NCBI GenBank assembly: GCA_016839585.1
Contig: JAEOTZ010000014.1
Location: 1 to 64,000, forward strand
Length of the DNA: 64,000 bases
From: Promethearchaeota archaeon
GTDB taxonomy: Archaea; Asgardarchaeota; Lokiarchaeia; Sigyniarchaeales; SOKP01
Reading direction: 5' to 3'
Shown: piece by piece, positions 30,561 through 39,408 of the stretch
Layout: every line of letters begins with the position of its first letter
Numbering within the stretch: position 1 is the first letter of the stretch
The notes under the pieces: model-generated
What the model was told of the DNA's origin: nothing
Database searches by the model: none
The model's input: the letters and a program-made list of their open reading frames with translations, nothing else
Made by a program: the position numbers and the translations under genes

Positions 30561-31115
30561 ATGAAAAAAGTAACTCTTAGTGAAAAACTTACTGTATTCC
30601 CTATGCCGGCAGCAGTATTATCTGTAGGGACAGGGGAAGAAGCAAATTTAATTACTCTAGCATATGTTGGGAAAGTTTGTCTCAAACCACCAATTGTTGT
30701 GATTTCAATACAACCTAAGCGACATTCTTATCATTTAATTGAAAAACATAGCGAATTTGTTATTAATTATCCTACCGTCGAACAGTTAAAAGAATTGGAT
30801 TATTGTGGAACACGTTCAGGAAGAAATGTCAATAAATGGAAAGAATTAAATTTAACCAAAGAAAATGGATCGATAGTTCAAGTCCCGATGATTAAAGAAT
30901 TTCCGTGGAATATGGAATGCAAAGTAATAAATCGATTGGAATTGGGATCACATGTTTGTTATTTTGGTGAAGTAGTTGCTACTCATTCGGATCCTAAATA
31001 TGTTAAAAATGATAATTTAGATCCTAATAAATTTAACTTCTTCGCCTATATTTCCGGCAATTATATTGGTTTAAAAAAGGGTGCAATAGAAAAGCATGGA
31101 TTTACAGAGGAATAA
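30561..31115 (+). CDS. Flavin reductase-like FMN-binding protein
   Basis: FP.PA, EFVIN.P, CG..SGR..K, ECKV, GSH..FGEV. Confidence 0.85.
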   Translation: MKKVTLSEKLTVFPMPAAVLSVGTGEEANLITLAYVGKVCLKPPIVVISIQPKRHSYHLIEKHSEFVINYPTVEQLKELDYCGTRSGRNVNKWKELNLTKENGSIVQVPMIKEFPWNMECKVINRLELGSHVCYFGEVVATHSDPKYVKNDNLDPNKFNFFAYISGNYIGLKKGAIEKHGFTEE

Positions 31116-31228
31116 TCTCTTAGATCTTTTATTAATTTACTAAAATCTAATATTTTATTTTTTAAAAAACAATATAATGTTAAATTTTAACTTAGAATAA
31201 ATATTAAGATATAAAATTTAAATTTATT

Positions 31229-31780
31229 ATGACTAAAGATTCTATAGCGCTCATTGGATTTATGGCAACAGGTAAAAGTACAATTGGTAAGGCATTAACA
31301 GATTATTTGGGTAATGATTATAGATTCATTGAAACCGACCAATTAATTATTGAAATGGCTGGTAAATCCATTCCAAAAATATTTTCAGAAGAAGGAGAAG
31401 AAAAGTTTAGAGAGTATGAAGTTGAGGCATGTAAAAGAGTTTCTAAATTAAAAAAAGTAGTTATATCGTGTGGAGGGGGCATCGTTTTAAAGGAAATTAA
31501 TATTAGAAACTTAAAAAGAAATTGTCATATTGTTCTATTAAAAACGAGTATTGAAGAAATATATAAGAGAGCAATAAATGAAGGAAAAGAATTCAGACCA
31601 GTTATAGATAAAGAAGATCCTATGAATGAAATTAAAAAGGTTTTGAAATATCGAGAAATGTTTTATAATTCATCAGCAGAGTTTGTAATTGATACCATAG
31701 ATAAGAAAGTTGATGAAATTGTAATAGAGATTCTTGAAAAGATAGAGTTTTTTGTTAAGAATAATGAATCTGAGCATTAG
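31229..31780 (+). CDS. aroK: Shikimate kinase, bacterial (NMP-kinase fold) type
   Basis: GFMATGKST, IF..EGE..FR, SCGGG, RP. Confidence 0.92.
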   Translation: MTKDSIALIGFMATGKSTIGKALTDYLGNDYRFIETDQLIIEMAGKSIPKIFSEEGEEKFREYEVEACKRVSKLKKVVISCGGGIVLKEINIRNLKRNCHIVLLKTSIEEIYKRAINEGKEFRPVIDKEDPMNEIKKVLKYREMFYNSSAEFVIDTIDKKVDEIVIEILEKIEFFVKNNESEH

Positions 31781-31872
31781 ACATCCAATTTCTTTGAATT
31801 TATAGCTAAAGTCTTAATTTTACCTTTAATAAGTCTTAGGTCGGATTTGATCTTGACTTTGTCAGAGTTTTC

Positions 31873-31889
31873 ACTTTGTATCGCAAAGT
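31873..31889. promoter_or_regulatory. Inverted repeat ACTTTG-N5-CAAAGT, candidate operator for the downstream wHTH-regulated unit
   Basis: Perfect 6-5-6 palindrome in the intergenic region upstream of the CAAX protease / membrane protein / wHTH genes; imperfect ACTTTG-T-CAGAGT at 31856-31868. Confidence 0.45.
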
Positions 31890-32043
31890 TTAAATATTTA
31901 ATTATCTATTATAATATTAAGACACCTTAGAAGGTTAGTCCTTCTAAATAGGCGAACTACTACTAAATTCATAATTTAAGTATTAGTTCAATTAAGGTTA
32001 GGAAAAAAAGATAATAAAATATCAAAATTAGGATTTAAAGAAA

Positions 32044-33177
32044 TTGTTTATAATAAATGAAAGGACAGGAAAATTGACCAATTTTTTAGCTCCTTCAATG
32101 ATAGTAGCGATAGGAGTAATATTGTTGAGTTTTATACAAAATCTTATTATTGCTGGTTTATTAATATTTAATTTTACTTTAAAGGTAGATATCCTAATTT
32201 TTTCCCTATTAATCACATTTCTATCTCAATTTTCCGGGATTTTAATTGTATATTTCTTAGTAATTCCATTAGTGAAAATAAAGGATATAAAGAAAGAACC
32301 TTTTACTTCCCAGAATTTAATTAAATCGTTACTATTTTTATGTTTCACTTTTACAGTTTATATTATAAACAACTACATTTTCATTGGTATCTTTAATATT
32401 TTAAATTTAATGCCTCAAAGCGGTTATTCAGGAATATTATTAAATTCCACACATGTAAGAAATCCTATAAATATTATTATCTATTATCTTCCGCTCATTA
32501 TTGGAGCGCCAGTGTTTGAAGAGTTGCTTTATCGTCGAACATTAATTCCGATGTTGGAAAAACGAGGAATGGCTCCATTTACAGCTATAGTAGCTTCAAG
32601 CATAGTATTTGCCATTGCCCATCTCCCTAATGATTTAATAAATGGTAACTTATATGGTGGAATTATACATTGTTTAGGAATTTTTTATATTTCAATTTCT
32701 CTTGGAATTATTTACGTTCTTACCCGAAATATCCTATTTCCAATAATAATTCATAGCTTTGTAAATTTCGTATCATTCTCAGGTCCTTTAATAAACACCT
32801 TAGAAAATGAGATATTATTCCTTAATTACAATATAGTAGTTATAAGTATTGCCATTGTGGGTATTGGAGTAATAATCTATAGTGTTTGGCGATATTTTAA
32901 AAGAAAATCTACAGATTGGGTAATTTTATTGAAAAAAAGGGCATCGCATAATTTAAGACCAGGTCTTTTCGTTTTTTTACTAATAGGTATCATCAGTGCT
33001 TTTATGCCAATAATGATTGAGTTAATTTCAATGAAAATTTTGATACAAAGTAATAATATTTTCCATTACTTGACCATTTTATTATCGAGTTATGCTACAA
33101 TGGTAATATTGTTTTTTTGGCTAGGAAAAACAGCTAAATTTGAACTAAATAAAAAAATTGAAAGAAAGGTTATGTAA
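32044..33177 (+). CDS. CPBP (Abi/CAAX protease type II) intramembrane glutamic endopeptidase
   Basis: APVFEELLYRR, FAIAH, IIIHSFVN motifs; polytopic. Confidence 0.85.
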   Translation: MFIINERTGKLTNFLAPSMIVAIGVILLSFIQNLIIAGLLIFNFTLKVDILIFSLLITFLSQFSGILIVYFLVIPLVKIKDIKKEPFTSQNLIKSLLFLCFTFTVYIINNYIFIGIFNILNLMPQSGYSGILLNSTHVRNPINIIIYYLPLIIGAPVFEELLYRRTLIPMLEKRGMAPFTAIVASSIVFAIAHLPNDLINGNLYGGIIHCLGIFYISISLGIIYVLTRNILFPIIIHSFVNFVSFSGPLINTLENEILFLNYNIVVISIAIVGIGVIIYSVWRYFKRKSTDWVILLKKRASHNLRPGLFVFLLIGIISAFMPIMIELISMKILIQSNNIFHYLTILLSSYATMVILFFWLGKTAKFELNKKIERKVM

Positions 33178-33180
33178 AAT

Positions 33181-33351
33181 ATGAATTATAAATACACATA
33201 TGCTCTTAAGAGCATGAAAAATTTAATCACGGGTATTTTTGATATTATAATGTTTGGAATATCTGGAGGAGTAATTATTATCCTAGGAATAACATATTTT
33301 ATTTTATTCTTAAAAAAACATCCTTTATCTAAGAAGGAGGAGAGAAACTAA
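33181..33351 (+). pseudogene. 56-codon ORF resembling the C-terminal remnant of a paralog of 33354..33980
   Basis: ITGIFDIIMFGISGGVIIILGITYFILFLKKHP aligns by eye with ITGSPFDIFLSFFLIGFTIVIIGLIYLIKFLQEYP. Confidence 0.55.
33200..33215. repeat. Perfect 16-bp palindrome ATGCTCTTAAGAGCAT
   Basis: Directly visible; lies just before the remnant homology begins. Confidence 0.7.
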
Positions 33352-33353
33352 AT

Positions 33354-33980
33354 ATGGCTGAGAGCGTTGATTTAAAAGTGCTTGAAACAAAAGCATGGAG
33401 ATTAACATTCCAAGATGGCATCTGGGATATTTTCTTTGGTCTATTATTTTTGGGTTTTGGATTTTCGGCGTTAGCAAATCAAATTTTTGATTTAGGGACA
33501 ATTATTATTTTGATACCTTGGAATATAGCTACTGTATTGATCTTATGCCTAGGAAAGAAATTTCTAACCATCCCGCGTCTGGGTTTCGTTAAGTTTGGTA
33601 ACAAAAGGAAAAAAACAAGGAAATTCATACTTATTTTTACAACTATTAATGTAGCTTTTGCATTATTTTTATTAATTCTTTCATATATAGGATTATCAGG
33701 TTGGTTTCAATTAAATCCCTTATTAGATCCCTTAATTATTGGATTTTTAGTAATTACATTCCCATTAAGCATTTTTGGTTTCTTTTTAGATTTTTATCGC
33801 TTAATATTTTATTCAATACTAGCAGGTTTAGGTTTTTTTCTTTCAGAATTATTTTATCCTATTACAGGTTCTCCGTTTGATATTTTTCTAAGTTTTTTTC
33901 TGATCGGTTTTACAATTGTAATTATTGGGTTAATTTACTTAATAAAATTTTTGCAAGAATATCCACGAATTAAAGACTAA
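33354..33980 (+). CDS. Polytopic hypothetical membrane protein
   Basis: FQDGIWDIFFG, T.PRLG.VKF; about 6 TM; preceded by AAGGAGG. Confidence 0.7.
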   Translation: MAESVDLKVLETKAWRLTFQDGIWDIFFGLLFLGFGFSALANQIFDLGTIIILIPWNIATVLILCLGKKFLTIPRLGFVKFGNKRKKTRKFILIFTTINVAFALFLLILSYIGLSGWFQLNPLLDPLIIGFLVITFPLSIFGFFLDFYRLIFYSILAGLGFFLSELFYPITGSPFDIFLSFFLIGFTIVIIGLIYLIKFLQEYPRIKD

Positions 33981-33990
33981 AAGAGTATAT

Positions 33991-34344
33991 ATGGCAAAGA
34001 AGAAAACAAATTCAGATGAGTCAGAGGAAAAAGTACTCTCACTTGAGGAGATTGATAAAGTAATCCATGAACCTGCTCGATTAATGATTATATCTCTTTT
34101 ATATGTTGTTGAAAGTACTGATATGCTTTTTTTGAAAAATAATATATATTCCAAGGAAGAGAAAATTAGTTGGGGTAATCTATCTTCTCATATTAGTAAA
34201 CTTGAAGAAGCTGGTTATGTGGAGGTTGAGAAAAAATTTAAAGGAAAGAAACCAAAAACTTTCCTTAGTCTAACAGATAATGGTAGAAAAGCATTTGCGG
34301 AATACAGAAAAAAAATGGTTCAAGTTTTAGGAGATATGACTTAG
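33991..34344 (+). CDS. Winged-helix transcriptional regulator (HTH_34/ArsR-MarR-like)
   Basis: IHEPARL.I, GNLSSH..KLEEAGYV, LT..GR.AF. Confidence 0.85.
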   Translation: MAKKKTNSDESEEKVLSLEEIDKVIHEPARLMIISLLYVVESTDMLFLKNNIYSKEEKISWGNLSSHISKLEEAGYVEVEKKFKGKKPKTFLSLTDNGRKAFAEYRKKMVQVLGDMT

Positions 34345-34463
34345 AAATACTTTTCCTTTAATTATTTTTTTCATAATTACATATTTAAGAGATTTTTAAT
34401 GTTATCATAACGTAATATTATCGTAAAACCTACATTTAAATTTATCAAACCTTACCTATAAAC

Positions 34464-34640
34464 ATGACAGAATGGAAAAGAAATAAATGCCCTAAATGTG
34501 GAGAAGAAAATCCTAAAAAACTTCATGAAGTGCCAGACAAGAATCAAGTGCTTTATTATTCAATGCAAGGAAATCCTGTGTATAAAAAGTTAATGAAGTG
34601 CGGAGTTTGCGGTGAGATTTTTGGTAATGGCGCCACCTAA
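34464..34640 (+). CDS. Small stand-alone zinc-ribbon protein (58 aa)
   Basis: Hand translation MTEWKRNKCPKCGEENPKKLHEVPDKNQVLYYSMQGNPVYKKLMKCGVCGEIFGNGAT; two CxxC; below ORF-track cutoff. Confidence 0.7.
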   Translation: MTEWKRNKCPKCGEENPKKLHEVPDKNQVLYYSMQGNPVYKKLMKCGVCGEIFGNGAT

Positions 34641-34669
34641 TTGATTAAAAACTCTTTTTTTATTTATTT

Positions 34670-35872
34670 TTATAATGATAGGATTATTTTATTTTGAGCT
34701 TTTAACATATCTTTCATTATGAGTTCCATCGCTTCTTTGATATCTGGTATATTGTCAGGTATACTACGTTTTGCATTTACGCTTGCCATTAGAACTTCAT
34801 TCAACCCACGCAGAATCATATCTGGGTTGTACCAGGGTCTCTGCGACGCCCACCATTGCTGGCAGCTGTGAATTCCTCTGTCAAGCAAATTCCGAGCGTT
34901 ATCAAAAATTTGCTTTCTCTCTTCATCCATGCTTTCTCGATATTTAGCAGATAAATGAATCAATGTAAGGGCATACATAAAAAATCGATGCTGTTCAATA
35001 TGGATTTGATTATTTGGGTCGAACCAGAGGGGAAAGGGTACATCTGTGGCAATATCATAAGGCATAGTCGACCAGCTGGAATCACGAGGGATTTGAGTAA
35101 ATCCTTTAGGAAATCTATCAATAATTTCTGAGATAGTGCATATTTTCACGTCATCTCTATGAGGTAAAGCTTGAAAAAGAGGTATAAGGAAATTTTTTAT
35201 AGCATGTTTTACGTGATGCCCGAATGTTTCACCATCCATAGCGAGAATAACATACATATCCTCTGAAGTATTCTTATATTTTAACCTATTGATAAAAGTC
35301 TCAACATTATTAATTTTATCGAAAGCACAATCGATTGAGATGTAATCATCTCTGAACAATAACTTTAAGCCACTTGGATGTATGGAGATATGGTTTGTAG
35401 GAAATTCTGGTAAAGTATTGGCAATTCCACTCATTACAATCCACTCAAAACCAGCTTTCTTAACAGTTTTTAAAACCTCTTCAGAAATTGCCATTTCGGG
35501 CGGAAAAAATCCGCGAGGGTGATAAAGTTTTCCAAAGAAATGTTGATTGGTTTCATCATTAAGATTTATTTGACGTTTAATTTCAGGTTCTGGAATCAAT
35601 GGAAGTAAAGGGTGAAATTTCCCTGAACCTGTAAATTCGATTTGTCCTCGAGACGCTATGGTTATAATCAATCCTAGTAAATCATCATAGCCAAAATCAT
35701 GTAATTGCTCAGTTAGAGTTCCATTAATATTTAAAGTAATTTTAGCTTCAGGGTGATCCATAAGTGCCTCAATTATAGGCTTGTATGATTCGTTTACAAT
35801 TTGTTTTATTACTAGAGGGATTTGAACTGGTGGTTGATAAATATGAAATAAGAAAGCAAAATAAACAACCAT
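34670..35872 (-). CDS. Glycoside hydrolase family 57 protein
   Basis: HIYQP, HPLLPLI, FPPEMA, MDGETFGHH, SSWS. Confidence 0.88.
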   Translation of the reverse strand: MVVYFAFLFHIYQPPVQIPLVIKQIVNESYKPIIEALMDHPEAKITLNINGTLTEQLHDFGYDDLLGLIITIASRGQIEFTGSGKFHPLLPLIPEPEIKRQINLNDETNQHFFGKLYHPRGFFPPEMAISEEVLKTVKKAGFEWIVMSGIANTLPEFPTNHISIHPSGLKLLFRDDYISIDCAFDKINNVETFINRLKYKNTSEDMYVILAMDGETFGHHVKHAIKNFLIPLFQALPHRDDVKICTISEIIDRFPKGFTQIPRDSSWSTMPYDIATDVPFPLWFDPNNQIHIEQHRFFMYALTLIHLSAKYRESMDEERKQIFDNARNLLDRGIHSCQQWWASQRPWYNPDMILRGLNEVLMASVNAKRSIPDNIPDIKEAMELIMKDMLKAQNKIILSL

Positions 35873-35895
35873 ATTATTTATAAGAAACCTAGATG

Positions 35896-35979
35896 TTTTA
35901 TATTTTTCTTGTATTCCAATAAGAAAAGAAATGAGGCTAAGAAGATTTTTCGAAAAATAAGTTATAAAATTCTCTTAAT
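35896..35979. repeat. Direct repeat copy 1: duplicate of the aroD 3' end plus downstream BRE/TATA-like segment
   Basis: 84 bp; 6 substitutions and 1 indel relative to 36774..36856. Confidence 0.85.
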
Positions 35980-36045
35980 ATTTTGTTTTTATAGATTTAT
36001 ATTTGAAGAAAAAAAATAATTAGATTATAAAATTTAACTTGAGTT

Positions 36046-36612
36046 TTACTTGTATATTCCAGTTTTAAATATTACGATTCTAGAAACTCCATGAATCAAT
36101 AATGAAATGAATAGAAGTATGATAATAACATCAATAAAGTCAATATCTAATTGAGGTCCGAATAAAAACATCATAAAATTAGCTACAGATAAAATTATCA
36201 TTATTATACCCACAATCCCCATCAGATATTTATTTGCTGTCCAGTGTTCGGATATAACACCAAATATTACTGCACCTCCGACAATTCCAAATATTATTAC
36301 AATAATAAAAAGTAATATTTGAATCATTGAATCATTACTAATTAATGAAACAAAGAAAAATATTAATCCTATAACTGTAACAATACAACCGAAAAAAATT
36401 TCTATTATTCGATCCTCTTTATCTTGTTTTTCTTTATCAGGAAAACTAATAGCTGTAAATGATACTCCTACTATTAATAAGCAGATTGAAATTATTATTA
36501 TTTGTGCATTGGCATTATTAATCAAATATGACATTAAAATATAAATAGAGAAGATAACAATAATAATTCCAAAAAATAAATTTAAAGCTCGTAACTCTTT
36601 ATCATTTGGCAT
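36046..36612 (-). CDS. Polytopic membrane protein (HdeD/DUF308-like)
   Basis: Six hydrophobic segments in repeated hairpins, ends LLIHGVSRI. Confidence 0.55.
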   Translation of the reverse strand: MPNDKELRALNLFFGIIIVIFSIYILMSYLINNANAQIIIISICLLIVGVSFTAISFPDKEKQDKEDRIIEIFFGCIVTVIGLIFFFVSLISNDSMIQILLFIIVIIFGIVGGAVIFGVISEHWTANKYLMGIVGIIMIILSVANFMMFLFGPQLDIDFIDVIIILLFISLLIHGVSRIVIFKTGIYK

Positions 36613-36709
36613 TTAACTCACTCTTTTAAGATTAAATTTAGATTTAATAATAATTTATTTTTTAATTTGAGAGTATTTAATTTTTTCCGTTAATGTCAAA
36701 TTATTGTTA

Positions 36710-36749
36710 TTGAATTTAAATTATTTGAATTTAAATTATTTAAATTTAA
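36710..36749. repeat. Short tandem repeat, unit TTGAATTTAAATTAT, about 2.7 copies
   Basis: Directly visible in intergenic DNA; low complexity. Confidence 0.5.
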
Positions 36750-36773
36750 CAAATCAAAACTAAAACTATTTAA

Positions 36774-36856
36774 TTTTATATTTTTCTTGTGTTCCATTAA
36801 AAAAAGAAATGAGCTAAGAAGATTTTTCGAATAATAAGTTGTGAAATTCTCTTAAT
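36774..36856. repeat. Direct repeat copy 2, overlapping the aroD stop
   Basis: 83 bp; matches 35896..35979. Confidence 0.85.
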
Positions 36857-37569
36857 TTTTCAATTTTAATTTGTCCTGGTGCTGTTTTTTCCTCTAAAGA
36901 GCAGTAAGTCATGAATGAACCAAATTTTACGCATATTATTCTTGAAAAAATGCCAATTTCTCCCATGCAAAAAGAAATTATTTTTCTATTATTTTTAGAA
37001 AAATATTGACATAAGTTTATTGGAATTATGTTATCTTCAAAATTTTGAGCTGTAAATATAACTTTATATATGTTTTTTTCCACTATGTTGGTATTTATTA
37101 AAAGATTTTTAATTAATTTATCTTCAAACCTTAAAATTAGTTCAAGAGTTTCTTTATAAGACTGAGTTTTTTCAAAATCATGATAAGAAAAGATTAAATT
37201 GATTTTTTTTTTAATAGCTAAATTTATAACATGATTAAGGACTTCTTTTTCAGAATTCATCTCAATATCAATAAAGCCAGGTTGAACTTCAAGTAAATTT
37301 TCTAGAATCTTTAATCTTTCTTTTTTATCAATCTTTACTTGTCCTCCCTCAGAATAATCTCTAAATGAAAAAATTGTAGGAATAGTTGGATGAATCATGT
37401 CTAATAGACTAGATCCTAATTCTCTTGTTAAATTTTCCACATTATTTATAAAATCGAACCTTAATTCAATGAAATCAGGTTTTTCATCTAATACTTTTTT
37501 GATGAGTGATAAATTTTTGTCATAATTATTAGTTTCTATCGGAATAGCAACACATATATTGAATTTCAT
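36814..37569 (-). CDS. aroD: Type I 3-dehydroquinate dehydratase
   Basis: IELRFD, R..EGG, DIE, SYHDF..T, MG..G..SR, TAPGQ. Confidence 0.92.
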   Translation of the reverse strand: MKFNICVAIPIETNNYDKNLSLIKKVLDEKPDFIELRFDFINNVENLTRELGSSLLDMIHPTIPTIFSFRDYSEGGQVKIDKKERLKILENLLEVQPGFIDIEMNSEKEVLNHVINLAIKKKINLIFSYHDFEKTQSYKETLELILRFEDKLIKNLLINTNIVEKNIYKVIFTAQNFEDNIIPINLCQYFSKNNRKIISFCMGEIGIFSRIICVKFGSFMTYCSLEEKTAPGQIKIEKLREFHNLLFEKSS

Positions 37570-37602
37570 AGGAATTCAAAAAAAAGATATTATAATTTTT
37601 TA

Positions 37603-38241
37603 TTAAAAAATAACTTCTTTTATTTTATCTTCTGATAATTTATTTGTATAATCAATTTCTTTAACTAAGCCTTGATCTTTATAAAAATCAATTAATGGTT
37701 TCGTATTTTTTTCATATACATCCAAACGATTATTAAGCGTTTCTTTAGTATCATCAGGTCGTTGTTTAAATTCTATTTTACTATTACATTTATCACAGAT
37801 CCCTTTTTTCTTTGGTTTTATAAAATATTTATTATAAATTTCACCACAATTTGGACAGGAAAACCTGCCAAGAATTCTTTTGATAAGAATTTTATGATCG
37901 ACAGATAAAAGGATTACTGAATCAATACTAGTGATTGTAGAAAGAAATTCCGCTTGATTAAGATTTCTTGGATATCCATCTAAAACCCATGATTTATCAC
38001 TAATGTCATCTAAACTTTTTTTCACCATATCATTAGTAATTTCATCTGGTACAAGTTTACCCTCATCCATATATGATTTTGCTTTCAAACCTAGGGGAGT
38101 TTCATTTTTTAAATTTTCTCTAAAAATATCTCCTGTACTAATATGAATGATGTCTGGCAATACTTCTTTTACTTGAGAGGAAAAAGTTCCTTTGCCAGCT
38201 CCCGGAGGGCCCAATAAAATAATGTGTTTAGTTTCTTGCAT
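37603..38241 (-). CDS. adk: Adenylate kinase, bacterial/eukaryotic type with Zn-binding LID
   Basis: GPPGAGKGT, HISTGD, LDGYPR, CPNC...CDKC, QRPDD. Confidence 0.92.
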   Translation of the reverse strand: MQETKHIILLGPPGAGKGTFSSQVKEVLPDIIHISTGDIFRENLKNETPLGLKAKSYMDEGKLVPDEITNDMVKKSLDDISDKSWVLDGYPRNLNQAEFLSTITSIDSVILLSVDHKILIKRILGRFSCPNCGEIYNKYFIKPKKKGICDKCNSKIEFKQRPDDTKETLNNRLDVYEKNTKPLIDFYKDQGLVKEIDYTNKLSEDKIKEVIF

Positions 38242-38323
38242 GTGATAGATAAATTTTCATTAATATTATAATATTTAGGAATTTCTCAAATCACTATTTA
38301 GTACAAGAAGTTTAAAGAATCTT

Positions 38324-39286
38324 TTAACTATTTTGAGATATATCAAATTTTTTTACGAGTTCTATTATTTGTGCTTTTCTATAAGAAGAAGGAACATTAA
38401 TGTTATTCTTAGCACAATACTCTTTTAAATGATTAACTGTCCATTTGTTATAATCAATTTCTTGCTTTTTCCCAACTTCTTTCTCAATTTTCTTCTGTGT
38501 TGCAGTTGTTGTCATTTCTAAAACTTCTATTGCTTCAATAGTATTATTTTCATTATTGAAATGAACTCTTAATTTATGCCCTTCCAATTCAATAACTTCT
38601 TTTGGGAGCTTTTTTAAAGGTTCCCATTCTGTTTCTTCAACTGGTTTACCAAAAATTTCAGCTTTTTTAATGATAATACCATAAAGAGTATTATTCCCGA
38701 TTAATATATGAGCTCTCTTATAATCATCTGGAAGCTTGACTGAAAGAACTTTTGTTAAAATTTCTTTTTGTGATATACTTGTTGTATCAATCAAACTTTT
38801 TGAAGGTTTGGTTAAAACCTGTTTATTTTTGGTATATAAACTGCTTTTCTGCGTTTGGGGTACTACTTTTTGAGTCTTGATTGGGGGTGGTGAATTATTC
38901 AAAATAGCAAACTGAGGTTGTTTATTATCTTCTTCTTTTGCAGTTATTTGAGGTTTGAATCCAAAAGCATTTAAAAATTCCTGAGGTTCATCTCCTTGAT
39001 CTACTGATACAATCTTACACCGATGAAATTTTGCCGAAAATATTAATTCTTGTTGTAATTCTGTTGCAACGCGAGAAGCTATAAATTTTTTTCTCACTGG
39101 TGATGTCGCACCGTTCCATATATATATTCTCCTAAGATCTTCTTTAACTATTAGAGCAACTTGGGAATCATTTAAAACTTTACTTCCATTGTTTTGACGA
39201 AATTCTTGTTCTGTTATATTTAATCTTTCTCTTTCACCAGTATTCTTCAATTCATATATCATGAAAGTAGAATAAGTATCTGACAT
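38324..39286 (-). CDS. Single-domain gelsolin-like protein with C-terminal HeH/SAP-like domain; likely start MSDTYS at 39286
   Basis: RRIYIWNG..S.VRKKFIAS..A..L and VDQGDEPQEF gelsolin motifs; C-terminal YNKWTVNHLKEYC..NNI.V....RKAQIIELV. Confidence 0.75.
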   Translation of the reverse strand: MSDTYSTFMIYELKNTGERERLNITEQEFRQNNGSKVLNDSQVALIVKEDLRRIYIWNGATSPVRKKFIASRVATELQQELIFSAKFHRCKIVSVDQGDEPQEFLNAFGFKPQITAKEEDNKQPQFAILNNSPPPIKTQKVVPQTQKSSLYTKNKQVLTKPSKSLIDTTSISQKEILTKVLSVKLPDDYKRAHILIGNNTLYGIIIKKAEIFGKPVEETEWEPLKKLPKEVIELEGHKLRVHFNNENNTIEAIEVLEMTTTATQKKIEKEVGKKQEIDYNKWTVNHLKEYCAKNNINVPSSYRKAQIIELVKKFDISQNS

Positions 39287-39408
39287 TTTATTTTTCTTTT
39301 GAGAATTAGTTAAATACATTATAAGAGTACATATTTTTAACATTATTTCTATAGTTACATAGAGAGAAGATTTATCGTAATATTATAAATGAATGAAGAA
39401 GTTATTAA

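Noticed and set aside
34802-34829. CAACCCA/TGGGTTG hairpin inside the GH57 gene
   Set aside because: Isolated, and explicable by amino-acid composition
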